A DNA stretch of 64,000 bases from Perkinsus chesapeaki ATCC PRA-425 (taxonomy: Eukaryota > Protista > Perkinsozoa), in the NCBI GenBank assembly GCA_013115145.1, contig JAAPAO010000080.1:1-64000 (forward strand). The letters run 5' to 3'. Of this stretch, positions 1 through 11,436 are shown piece after piece (position 1 is the stretch's first letter; each line of letters begins with the position of its first letter). The position numbers and the translations under genes were made by a program. Under the pieces are notes generated by a model. That model did not search any database and was not told the origin of the DNA. It saw only the letters and a list, made by a program, of their open reading frames with translations.

Positions 1-520
1 AGAGAGCAGTCCGATTACGATCCAGAGAGGAGTCGAGATTCCCTAACAAGGCCGCAATGTCGTCAGGATACATAAAGCCGACATCAGCGACCGTAGCCAA
101 CCCATCGTCGGATCCCGAAAGCTCCTGGCAAATGGAAGCCCACAAAGAATCATCCACCTTGGCCTTAGCACGAAGAGCAGATATGTCGACCTGGGCAGCC
201 TCGATTCTCTGGGAAAGGTTCGACACGGACATAAAAAAAATGTTGTATTCGCACAAACTTGAGCCAAACTGTTGCAGATATCGGAGCGACTGCATAGTGA
301 TTCAAGTGCAGATACACAATCTAGCTCGCACATCCAATTGTGTGGCAACACAAATAGACAAATGAGGAACCGACTCCGGCTCGAACTGTTACAGTTCAAC
401 TGTACCTCCAAGCACTTCGTGCTTTCCAAGTCAGTACGCCATCATCTAACTTGGGAACTCTACAGCGGAAGCCTTGAACAGGAAACTAATTCCGAGTATC
501 AAATCGTGCATATAATTTAA
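1..520 (+). CDS. possible 3' part of a hypothetical gene
   Basis: Overlapping ORFs 57-365 and 272-520 could be joined by a short intron ending in ttgcag. No recognisable motif. Confidence 0.2.
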
Positions 521-3500
521 CCATTTCGTTGAAGTTATCTTCGACCCCGAAACCGCGAGCGTAGTCGAAGCCCAAATGCGAAAACTCTGCCAAGTTGTTG
601 TCGCTCCTTCCATCTCGCCATGAATGAATCTTTGCGTCCTCTTCCAGCATCGCAATGGCCTTGGCAGTGGCCGCGTCGACCGTCGAGGTTCGTCGCTTCT
701 TTGTCGCCGGTTTTGCTTTGTTCTCGAAAAAATCTGTTAGCGTCTGCTGGTTCTTATCGCCTGTTGTTGAGGCACTCGCTTGTTCCCTAGCGTGAACCCG
801 CACGGCAATTCCTGCACCACGAATCCGATGTACTTCCACGCCTTCCAAGAGGCCGATCGCTAACGTCGCGATATCGTTCTTGGTCGGTGTGATAGGACAG
901 GATCGACTCCACTGATAGCATGCCCCGATTCCCATGAACTTGAAGGGTTCGACCCAGTCATCGGGAGCCAGATAAAGCCTAAGAATGACCCTCTCCGGTG
1001 AGAGTCCTTCCAGCAATGGCGTCACTTGCGCCACAAGAGCCTGGACCAGCTGCCTGGCAGACTCGGGTGTCACATTCCGGATCCCGAAGTTCTTGTCGGC
1101 GCTGACTGTGGAGATATCGGTAACCAAGTCATTCCGATAATCCTCACCGCGAGCATTGGTAAGCATCCTCTCAACGGTTTTAGCCCCGAACGACTGGTTC
1201 AATGCGGGTACCAAGTTAGGGTCCAACAAGTCACCAACCGTAACCAGACCGAACTCGTTCTGTAATTTCTCAAGCGTGCGATAGCCGACCTGTGGCAGCA
1301 TGTGCAGAGGCAACTCAGCCAGGAATGCCCTGTTATGGAGGACCCTCACACCTTTCGGTTTGGCCTGTGTAGTGGCAATCTTAGCAAGAACATGGCTGTC
1401 TGCGATTCCGACTGAACACGGCAGGCCAGTCGCTCGGGTCACGGCTCTTTGCAGTGCCTCAGCTACAGCGGCTTCGTCCGAGTAACTACAGTCCCCAGAC
1501 ACATCGACGATGGCCTCATCAACGCTTTTCGCCACGACTCTGTCAAGCGTCCCTCCACCAACAACAGCCATCAATCGAAGCATCTGTTTCCATGCAGTAT
1601 TGCACTGCGTCAACAACTCGCTGGTGACAGGGATCTTCTCCAGGTCCGGACACAAGTCTTTCACCTCGGCAAGCCACATGCTCCCAGAAACACCATACTT
1701 CCGCGCTGCATAGTTCGCGCTACAGATTTCGCTTCCGCGGCCCATACCAGAAACAACAGCCATCGGTCTTGGTGACTCGGGAACGCCCGTCGCCTGCAGC
1801 TGAGCTACACAAGCGAAGAAACTGTCGAAGTCGCAAAGCATGAACCGCCTGTTTGTTTCTGGTTTCGGCTCTCGATGACGCTCGCACTCCTGCTGAAGCT
1901 CCTCCACAACCTCGGCTGCGACTTCTCCTTCTGACCACAACCCTTCGGCAGGTTGGCATTCTTCGATAAATTGGCGGAATCGCCTCCGCCATGTGCCAAG
2001 GAAATGTAGTCGGCTGCTCGCGAAGAAGGCATCGACCGCACCCTTAGTGTGCCCAACGGATGCCCCCGCAGGCTGACAAGTAGCGAGGACGCTCTTGGAG
2101 GTTACCGGGGGATCTTGGAGCTCGAAAGCCGTGATAGTTATCATGCCGACCCTTCCAAAGGACGACACCATAGGCGCAGCCATCTGTTGTGCGGTAGCAA
2201 TAATATTATCCAATGCTGGCATCGGGCACCGGCGACTCTTTGTCTCATAGGTCGCCGTTGCCTCCCGTCCCAAGGCCACACACAGGCTTTTGGGGTACTG
2301 AGGTGCACGTGCTTTGACACGCTCGATGACATCCTTGCTCAGGGACTCGATCCAAAAGCGTATTTTATCTACTTCTTTCAGGTACGGGCGGAATATTTTC
2401 GATGCACTCACACTGCCGGCTTTAAGGGATTCAGAGTCCTTCACGCCCCTGGCGTTCTCAATAGGGTCCTTCCCTCTCGAGGCTAGCTTCAACCAGGATA
2501 TCAGATCTGCGTGGACCGGGTCTACGTCCAGCTCGTCGATAACCGGCCAGATTTCTGCACATTTTGTGTCACCAGTAAGCCAGGGAATAAGCTTTTCAAT
2601 GTCTTGGAAGGTTGCTCGGCCAACTCCTCTTAAAGATTTCACTTTCACCTCGGACATGAATTCGAGTATCTGACCAGGAGCTGCTGCCCGCCCGCAGAAA
2701 AACGAGAAACCTCACCTTGCTGTCACTCAAAGCCGTGACTGCATCGGGCTTATTCAGGCCGCACGCAAGCTTCGCCAACTGACGGTTGCTAGCTATGCCC
2801 GCGGACATCGTGAAAGACGTGACGGCTTCGACCTCCTTTCGAAGCCGCTCTGCCCAAATAGCGCCTTCCTGCAGGGCCGCATTGCCAACCTAAAATGGAA
2901 TATGAGAGGCTCTGCGAAAATAATGCAAGGCAGTTTCGTTTAAAGTCACAAGGGAGAAATAGCAGACCCAACCTGAAAGAGCGAATCCGTACTCGGTACT
3001 AGAGCCCACTCAACTAAACTCGGTATTAGAAGCATGATCACTCAAATCAGCTAAGTCAAACTGACTCCAGATCATGCGAAAATATGATCCATGGTTCATC
3101 GGAAGCAATCAGTCAGGTTACCGTACTGAAGAGTTAATCGACACCAAGGCTATCATTTTCTATCCATCAATTTCTCTCCGGAGGTGCAACCAGCCTAGCT
3201 GGAGGTTTCCTAATGTTTTCCATACGTAGTCTGCCAACGGAATGCGCTTTCAATCTATGCAAAGCGCATTACAGACTTCGCTCGGATAATGTCAAGTCCT
3301 CATCTGGGAAAATGATATGCACGACAACATAATGTTGCCAACATAGCCTCGGTTCATGAGGCTGTGGAACGTCTCCCTGCGTGAGGTGCCTCGGTTTGAT
3401 TTGTATCACGGTAAGCTGATTCCCGTTCTGCGATAGTTTACTCTCCCCATTTCCGCGTACAGTGTCAGCTCAGTGGGGTCACCGACGCAGCCGTTGAGAA

Positions 3501-4786
3501 CGTGTACCATTTGTTTGCGAAAGACCGACCAGAATTCCGGGCCCACAAGAAGGAAAACCAGGTCTCAGTGGAATGTTGGCTAATCTCCCGTTCTGCAAGG
3601 GCAGCTCACGCGGAGCGACCATTTCTATAAACGAGGTCCACTTATAAGTGGCACTTACACTCATAATGAGTAACCTATCATACAAAGCCTCTTGGCCCGA
3701 GGCCTCAAACTTGGTATACCGGATTCAACACGTCACCGTTTAGTGGTTACCAGAGACGCGTCAAGTTTCCGGCTGTATTGGTTACACTCTGTTGTTCGCC
3801 GGGGCTTAACCAAACCCCTAGCGAAACCGGACTAGGCCCTACTCTTCTACTCGAGAAACCGGTTGGCAGTTTAACCGCCAGCCGGTTTCTCTAGTATCCG
3901 CCGCGCGTTTAACCGCCGCGGTTATCGGCAGGGCTTTCAAGAGCACCACTTCACCTTGTAGTCTACTCGAGGCCACAGGCATAAACTGTCAGATACCTCC
4001 GCTGTGCACCAGGCGTGCTTAACAGACATGTGTTGATGAAAGTGACCCTGTTGGGTTTCTCAGATACGAGATTCGAAATTATGGCGGCAGAAAGGTCCGT
4101 AGGAGTCTTGCAAAGTACCACTTTGAATCGCTATGCCGTCTGTAACCCATTTGGTCTTACCTCACCACCCACCCACTTAATCCCCTCAGGCATTTGCTCC
4201 TGTTGTTCCTCTCCACAGAGAGACGTAAGATCAACGAAAACCTCATCAATGCTGGCACGCTCTAACGGTGCCGACTCCGGAAGTGCAGTACGGAGAGCAC
4301 GCATAACTGATGTGGTAGATTGACAGGATTACTCATGAACCAAGAGGTACCTTCCTCGCTTGCATCTCGATATCGATCCAACGAGACTCTATACCGATCA
4401 CGAGGTTGACCTGGCGGAGGGCCATTAGGTAAAACTTCACCAGTACCAACGTCCACCACTTCAACGTGTGCACTTCTGGCTCCAGCCTTCTCCGCAATGG
4501 AGGTGGAAGCTCCACGCTTGACCTGAGGCCAGCTATGAAGACCATCTATCCGGATCGAGTTCCGAACAGACGTGATACTTCAGCGAACCAGACGTGGACG
4601 TACCCCGGGAATCTTCCTTGCAGAGTAATCCACAGCCAAAACCATGTCCCACTGTGACACGACAAAAGGCACCGAACTCGGGATACCAAGACGGCGGCGT
4701 TCGACTTGAGCGTAGAAGCAGTCGAGGTCGAAGAGCGCTATGACGGGGGGTACTGCATGTGATGACCGAGTTTCAGGAGAAGCCAT
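486..4786 (-). CDS. POLH/REV1: Pol eta-REV1 double Y-family DNA polymerase fusion (~952 aa, 5 exons)
   Basis: Exons 4786-4604, 4522-4351, 4306-4161, 2889-2716 and 2669-486 join through GT-AG introns with matching phases (2859 nt). Pol eta motifs: IALFDLDCFYAQVE, AVDYSARK, RVSLDRYRDAS, ERASIDEVFVDLT, SAGIASNRQLAKLACGLNKP. REV1 motifs: FFASSRLHFLGTW, LCDFDSFF, SEICSANYAAR, SVDEA, VSADKNFGIR, EPFKFMGIGAC. Confidence 0.88.
800..2040 (-). other. REV1: REV1 deoxycytidyl transferase module of the fusion gene
   Basis: N-digit SRLH motif, DFDSFF, SVDEA, and PAD signatures VSADKNFGIR and KFMGIGAC typical of REV1. No BRCT domain visible upstream. Confidence 0.85.
2110..4786 (-). other. POLH: Pol eta-like module (palm, fingers, thumb, little finger) of the fusion gene
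   Basis: Catalytic D in DLDCFY and DE in ASIDE. LAKLACGLNKP matches Pol eta. Thumb (EFMSEVKVKSLRGVG) and little finger (SVSASKIF...WIESLSKDVIER...KSRRC) lie at the start of the last exon. Confidence 0.85.
3848..3921. repeat. two adjacent hairpins sharing a GTTTAACC loop, inside a 1.27-kb intron
   Basis: gagaaaccgg (3853-3862) pairs with ccggtttctc (3882-3891) within a ~20-bp stem. A second ccgcg...cgcgg stem spans 3901-3921. gtttaaccgcc occurs at 3869 and 3907. Confidence 0.6.
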
Positions 4787-5311
4787 ACGCGACGTCTAAT
4801 AATGTGCGAGCGACATGACAAGTTCGCAAATAACGAACACAAACCAAAGCAATGTGATAAAATCTATACTAATGAGAACTCGTCTGGCTCAGAAGCAGTG
4901 CTCCTTCCAGCATGCTGGTTTCGTTGCCGCATCAGACCATCCACTAAATCGGCTGTGTCTTCCCACGTTGCTTCTAACAAGTCAGGGACTGCGCATTGTG
5001 CCTAAAAGCAGCGCTCTCAACCTGGAAAGCCACTCGAGCTCTTCTTTGGTACCTGTGATGGATCTGGGAATGGTCTTAGTGTCGCTAGCAGCTGATCGGA
5101 GGTGCTAAGGCCGGCTGATTGGACAGCATGCAGGTAACTAAATAGCAACCTCTCAAGTAGCAGCTCGGATACATGAGCAACTCACTGGTCAAGTATCGCA
5201 TCACTCAGCGAAGAGGAGCTACTGGCTGAGACGTGATACACCCAAATGAGGCAAAGCCAATCTAGAGCGCTCAGCTGTGACGTGACGCCATCTTTCACGT
5301 TGTGAATAGTA

Positions 5312-6334
5312 TCAACCTAAATGGCGGAAGTCTAGAGGAGGGTAAATGCGAGAATATCTTACCTCTGCCACGTCCGGTGAAGAAGCTTCTGAACCCCAGG
5401 TCTGTGAGTCGATACCCATACCATCTCTAACCAATTGCTCCACGAAGTTGTCCGTAGTTGTAGGCGTTAGAGGTATAAGCCTCGAGATGCCGTCAGGGTA
5501 TCCAAACATTAGGCAAATATTCTCCCATATATCTTGGAGGGACCCCTGATATGCTACGCTCAATAGTAAGCTTCGTCGAGAACTTACCCTGATAGGCGAG
5601 CGGCTATATCCTGTATTGACGGCGGAGATGAATTGGGAGCAGTCCCCGCTCCACACCCCATCCGAAGCCATGATCCCTCGCACCATCGGCCGTGGGTCAC
5701 TAGCCTCCCTATTTGCTATCATGTCGGCGACCACTCTTCCAGGTTCATTATTGAACTCTGTCATCGTGTCTACGGGCTGCCCAACGGGAGCATCGACCTC
5801 CCACCCGGGGGCACCCTCGTCTCCCAGCTCCTCCACGTCCCAACCGTCCTCGATGATGTCGGCGCCGGGACTTGAACCTGCGCCAATATTCTGACTATGA
5901 GCGGGCTGGGCTGTGGAGGATCGCGGCTGCCTAGGAGGAGCTTGTCCTGTCCCATTTCTGGTAGACCCGGAATTGGCACATGCGTTCTTCTGGGTGTTCG
6001 TGGAGGGCATTTCCTCTGCCTCGATGGCCAAGTCGTCGACATCCCATCCACCTCCAGCCGATGGCGGCTGCTCGAACTGCGGTAGGAGAGCGCGAGTTGG
6101 CTCCGCGGGCTTCGGCTCCGGCGCCCGAACCTTCGGCACTATCACCGGCATCTTCGCCTGGCCTTCCGCGGGAGCATCACGTGATGGCGCTAGACTGGGC
6201 ACTGCGCGGGAAGGAGGTTCAGTAAGACTCCGCTCCTCCACCAACTGATCGGCCAGCCGCTCTGCCGCGCTTGTTGCCTTCTGTGCATGACCGATGGCGG
6301 AATATAAGGCACTAAGTGTAACTGATGTTGACAT
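5312..6334 (-). CDS. hypothetical intronless protein (340 aa), Pro/Ala-rich with three GW[DE]V[DE] motifs
   Basis: Long uninterrupted ORF. GWDVDD, GWDVEE and GWEVDA lie in a disordered-looking middle region. Confidence 0.6.
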   Translation of the reverse strand: MSTSVTLSALYSAIGHAQKATSAAERLADQLVEERSLTEPPSRAVPSLAPSRDAPAEGQAKMPVIVPKVRAPEPKPAEPTRALLPQFEQPPSAGGGWDVDDLAIEAEEMPSTNTQKNACANSGSTRNGTGQAPPRQPRSSTAQPAHSQNIGAGSSPGADIIEDGWDVEELGDEGAPGWEVDAPVGQPVDTMTEFNNEPGRVVADMIANREASDPRPMVRGIMASDGVWSGDCSQFISAVNTGYSRSPIRVSSRRSLLLSVAYQGSLQDIWENICLMFGYPDGISRLIPLTPTTTDNFVEQLVRDGMGIDSQTWGSEASSPDVAEVRYSRIYPPLDFRHLG

Positions 6335-6400
6335 TTCGAAAAAGAACTTAGAATTTCGCGACTGTTGACTTGGCTACAAAACTCTGGAGCACAAGGGAAA

Positions 6401-8743
6401 CTATGTATAGGTGACATGAAGTGTTATAAACCCTACAGTGCTCTCATCGCTCATGACCACAGCAGAAGTCTCCGCGCATGTCGTATCAATTGGCTGCAGG
6501 TCGATCAATATCTCTTCGGCTATGCCTCGCCTGGGGTGGAGCACCTGGTGAGAATGCGTACTCGTGAGAGTATGCTCGGCCGGCCCACCGTGTGTCCTGT
6601 GCCGATCACTCCCCAATCTTCCACTTGTAGACTAGCCAGAAGTTCCTCTTCTGTGGAAGAGCCGACCAAGACTTCCACTGGATGGGCATCGGTAGCGGGG
6701 TCCTCGGGTAGATGTATATCCTGAATGGAGCCGGTCGTCTTTGAGGCGAGACGGACGGAGACTGCCGAAGGATCAGGGTCCGAGACTAGGTCGACGTCTT
6801 CAATTGAGAGCAAACGGAACACAGCGGTGATTAGAGGCGTGGAGGAAGCGGCAAGCAAGACCTGACAAACGCATTCCAGACATAGGGATTGAGAGTGATT
6901 GGAGATCCCTATCGATTAGAATGGTGAAGAGAACATCGCAGCGGCTACTTGACACTTCACAACGTAACCCGAAAGTTTCCGACCAGATCGCATCCTGCGC
7001 TTTCACTCAACTCACTGCCTTCCCTGATGGTAGCTTGAGGGAGCTATCGCTCATAGCATGCCTCCAAAGTGGCACTTCCATTCGCCCATCTACTATGGTG
7101 ATCTGGATACCCTCAGACTCTGCTACCACGCTGTCAGGGCTTAGGACCACTACACGAACTTCGTCACCTGAGGGACACTCAGCGGCAAGAAGGGCAGCGA
7201 CAGCGGTAGTGGAGGAGGGCGAGCGAGTTGCTGTACCTGCTTGGCACTCAAGTCCATCCTCCAGTGGAGCCTCCCATCCAGGACAGTCACTCCACACTAC
7301 TTCGGGTGATGTCCAGGACACCCCTGTGGTGATGTTTATCAGCTGGGAACGAAGCTTTAGCTCTGCCGAGGCGAAGACTCGCATTCCTAGCACCCGACCG
7401 TTTTCTGTAGCAACCGGGCCATCCGCCTCACTTGGCAAACCGCTACATTCCGACATGGAGAGCTTCCAACGGCGGCTACTAGTGTTTGTGTGGATAACCG
7501 AGGGAAAGCTATCCTGACGCATTAGACTGGCAGGATGGGTAGGCTCCCCGAAATTGTCGACATCGAACCACGTAAGGTCGTATCTGAGGCTGCTATGGTT
7601 AAGCACGCAGTGATATAGTGAAAGTGAGGATCGCCATATTCCAGACCAGCCAAAACTAAGGCTACTCGTGAACTTTAGGAGAGCACCAAAGTGGTACGTG
7701 CATTCTCCTCGAGCTTTCAGATCCTCGAGGCTACTTTCCACCAGAAACGGCTACAGCGTGGATGATGACATATCCACAGCCTCCCTTCCCCACTTAGTGG
7801 CTATTCCTGTCGAGATGTCCGGTTTAACGAACGTTGCTAGTTCCTCAAATGCTCCTCGAAGATTGTCAAACTCCTTCTCAAACTGCTCCAACCGATCCAT
7901 CGACTGCAGATTGGACTCTAGTAGCCTCAACATGCGCTCTCTCAGTGTTGCTCGCCGACCATCACACTCCGTCACCCCAGACTGCGGCTCATTCAACATA
8001 CGATGTGTTTCGCTACCGCCTGAAACGAGCTAGCTTTGCGTGGAGTTCTGCCTTACCCATCCGCTGCACATCATCATCGCCAGCCGTAGTAGTGCTCGCG
8101 GATTCTATATTCCACTTTCCTATAGCCGCGCCCGGGGGAACTCTAGGTGGCCTCATCGATGGCTCAATGATAGCTCGCGGTATCGGTCCCCGTTCCACTA
8201 GCAACACAACAGGCGAGGAGCCTTTGTCGCCAATTAACAGCACATGCGAATGCAATGGATTCTACCAAGAGGATGGTCATGCTATCACCAACCATGCTAT
8301 TATAAAATGCATCTTCATTCGTCGTCGATCGCCCAAGCTCTATTGGGCAGCCACAAGCCCAAGCTGCAAGTGAGTCCAGCGCAATGGAGAAAGCATTCTC
8401 GACAAAGTGTTGACTTCCGACCGCCTGGAGACGTCCGTCGACAATCGCCGCAAATAGCCGCTCCACACGCAGCACAGTTATAAACCGTCCCAGTGTGAGG
8501 GCGAGGGAGGAAGGCGGTGAGGGTAGCCAGAAGGCCTATAGAGGAATAATATCGATTAGCTCGTAACCGACAGTCACCTCTCTGGCGCCGAGGTAATACA
8601 AAATCTGCCGCGCCACAGTCTGAGCAGCTTCCTGTCAGACAGCCTGGCACCCGAAATCGATAGGGGCTCTGGGAGCTTGCAGCATCTTCACTAACATGGT
8701 CTGGGGACCGGATCACGACATCCTCGATCTTCGCCTCGGGCAA
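6401..8743 (-). CDS. multi-exon protein with N-terminal FYVE-related Zn finger and possible C2-like domains
   Basis: Four CxxC pairs (CSDC, CAAC, CGDC, CREC) in 8315-8743, a coiled-coil segment at 7751-7999 and beta-rich ORFs at 7007-7741 and 6520-6858. Joining these into one gene is inferred. Confidence 0.45.
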
Positions 8744-8762
8744 CTGCAGTACGGGCGATACA

Positions 8763-9342
8763 CTAAAGGAAAGCGAAGATGATGCTTACTACTTGCTCGG
8801 GAACGAGGCCACAACAGGTGATTGCCTCCAGGAGCTTCCTCTGGGATTCGCTGTGTGGCTCTTCGCCAAATAGCCTATCTACCCCCAATGGCAGCCTCGA
8901 GCTCATATTGATAAGAATGCCCAACATACGAGCATCTTCACTATAAAACGCCTTACGAATGGCCTCCTCATCGGCACTACACTTCTCAAGCAGGCGCATC
9001 ACTACAGCGTGATGGTGACCGACCACGGCGTCGCCCAACGCGGGGCTTAGATCGCCTGTCTCTTTTAATGCACCAAGTAGGCATTGACAGCTAAGCTCAT
9101 CGCCCACCCTACTGCACTCTACTATAGCTGCCCGGACAGCATCATCAGTGAAAGGCAGTGGTACCAAGTCCAACAGACACCGCACAACACTGGGATAGCC
9201 AACCACTCTAGTGAGGATTTCCTGTGGGAACTTCCCCTTCAGCACATAGTACTTTATCTCGCTCTCATACACTACTGGATTCTCCAATGCTTTCTCCAGA
9301 GGTGTCAGTCGGGCAGTGATGTCAAAGCTTGAACTGGCCATG
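8763..9342 (-). CDS. hypothetical protein with degenerate ankyrin-like helical repeats
   Basis: 209-aa ORF (likely start MASSSF) with LGDAVVGHHHAVVMRLL-type segments. Confidence 0.5.
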
Positions 9343-9401
9343 GACTGAAAAGAGAGATACCACTTGATCACAGTCGACAGTGACCACAGCATTGCCCAGC
9401 A

Positions 9402-11259
9402 TTACAACAGCCGGCTGCAATATATTACACTCCCTATTACCTTTATATCCTTTAAATATACCCCTGCCAAGATTTCTCTCATCCGTCTCTCCTTGATCGC
9501 CCTATCAATCAGCTTGAACCCCACCACACTGCCCCGAGCCAACATCTCGCACGATATCCCACGTTTAGTGACGGCGACCACATCAGCTCCTCCAGCGATT
9601 AAATACTGCATGCAGATGACGGCGTCCGCTTCAGCTGCCAGGTGTAACGGTGAGATGCCCTGGCCTCCACCACCGATGGAAAGGTCAAGCCCGTTGTTCA
9701 CCGCCCATTTCACGAGCCTATCACTGCCCTTGCGGACGGCAAGATGTAGCGGAGCCCAGCCGTCCACGTTAAGAGTGTTTGGCTCTGCTCCGTGCTCTAA
9801 CAGTAAACCGGCGATCCGCGGCAGGTCAGCGCCATCAGTTTGCTTTAGTGAGAACAGCACGTGGAGGGGGGACGTCCCCAAGGAGTCAACGGCGTTAGGA
9901 TCCGCCGAAGCCCTCAACAGGAGCTGGCAAGCATCGAAATCCGCATTAGCCGCTGCTATGTGAAGTGGACTGCCGAGAATCCCTCCTCCTATACAAGGAT
10001 TGACCTTTATGTCAGTCAATAGGTAACTGACAATACCGACATCTACAAGTATCCTTTTAAGCATATCCTAATCGACGACGAAGCCTAGCCCATATATATT
10101 ACCGTATAGTATCGAGCCTTCTCTCTCTAACTGCCAGAGTGAGCGGAGTCATGCCATTGATGTCCAGACAGTTCTCCATGCCCAGTCCTCTTAGACCCTT
10201 GGCCACTCCAAGATGGCCTTTCAAAGAGGCTAAATGCAGGCGGTTGCGACCCTTAGCATCGACGTCCCTCAGATCAAAGGGGGCTTTAGAGATCCTTATT
10301 AGGAATTCACGCAGAGGGATATCGTCACCATCCGCGAGACCTTCAAAAATGGCAAAGAATTCTCGTAGGTGAGAGTTGCACCTACACGTACCAATTCCGC
10401 AGATTCACCCTCCCCGAAGATTCTACCTAGCGAGCTTCGGCAGGGCAGGTGAGGCATAGCGGAACCACTCCAGAGACAGCTCCGATAGTGTGGGCTTCAA
10501 GCGGCGGAAGCCTGACCGAAATTGCTACTTGAAGACCATCAATCTGTTAGGTACTTCCTGGTAAAGCTGTGAAGGTATTGCTACATATATCAAGGGTATG
10601 CAAGGCCGGTAAGTAGCCAATCCCTCTCGGCAGCTCCTCGATAAGATTACTTTCCAAATGCAGTACTCGAAGGCTTCGACAGTCCCCAATAGTGGAGGGT
10701 AGGGAACGCAGACGGTTATTACCAATTGATAGAACCTTCAATAACAACAGCCTATTTTCCACGCGTTCTATCGGACTGTTTCCGAGCGCAACGAACCCTG
10801 GGAACCCCTCAACGCCGTGTAAGTGCCCACGGCCTCCAATGCCTCCAATCGCCCTAGTGCTTAGTACCTTTAGAGTATCCCTAAAGTGATAGAGAGCTTC
10901 GCCAGGGATACACTGCAGGTTGTTATGTGAGGCGTAGAGCTCTTGGAGGTTAGACAGTACACGGAGATCCTCGATGGAGGGAAGGGCCTCTAGTCCCTTA
11001 TCCCGCAAGTCGAGAACACTGTATGATCGGCTGGCTTCTCTGCGTGAAGATATCTCGCCGTGGGGTAGGGGATCATACTCAGTCGAGGCTGTGCTGGTCG
11101 ATACTGAGTAGGGGGGCTCTCATGTGTGGGTTAGGTGCTGATTACCATAGGGTATCCTTTCTTGATTGAATGATAGGAGGCCAGAGGAGACCGCGGAAGA
11201 TTCTCCCTCGGCCTCCGCTATGAAGCTGCTGTTTGCCTGTAGGGCGGATGAAGCTAGCA
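9402..11259 (-). CDS. leucine-rich repeat plus ankyrin repeat protein
   Basis: LRR motifs (LSNLQELYASHNNLQCIP, LKVLSIGNNRLRSLP, LRVLHLESNLIEELP) at 10547-11008. Ankyrin repeats (RNRLHLASLKGH, GSPLHIAAANAD, GWAPLHLAV, ISPLHLAAEAD) at 9402-10300. Start uncertain. Confidence 0.75.
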
Positions 11260-11436
11260 TACTACTAATGTACTGATATATGTCCTCTAGGAGACGCTAC
11301 AAGCTGGGGTAGCTGATCGTACCCAAGTTGACATCTTTCTTGCAATTTGACCTAAGTGCAAGAAAAGTACATTCTTGAATCTCCTGCTTCTGAGACTGCT
11401 GTGTCTTACTGAATTCTAGTGTGTCCATCCTTTCCT

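Noticed and set aside
90-268. Partial matches to the Perkinsus/dinoflagellate spliced leader: ACCGTAGCCA (+, 90-99) and TTTGGCTCAAG (-, 258-268)
   Set aside because: Only 10-11 nt each, on opposite strands and not upstream of a start codon; compatible with chance.
486-2657. Treating the 723-aa ORF as a stand-alone REV1 with a BRCT-like N-terminus
   Set aside because: Its first ~180 aa align to the Pol eta thumb and little finger, and an in-phase intron (2670-2715) links it to the Pol eta palm exons.
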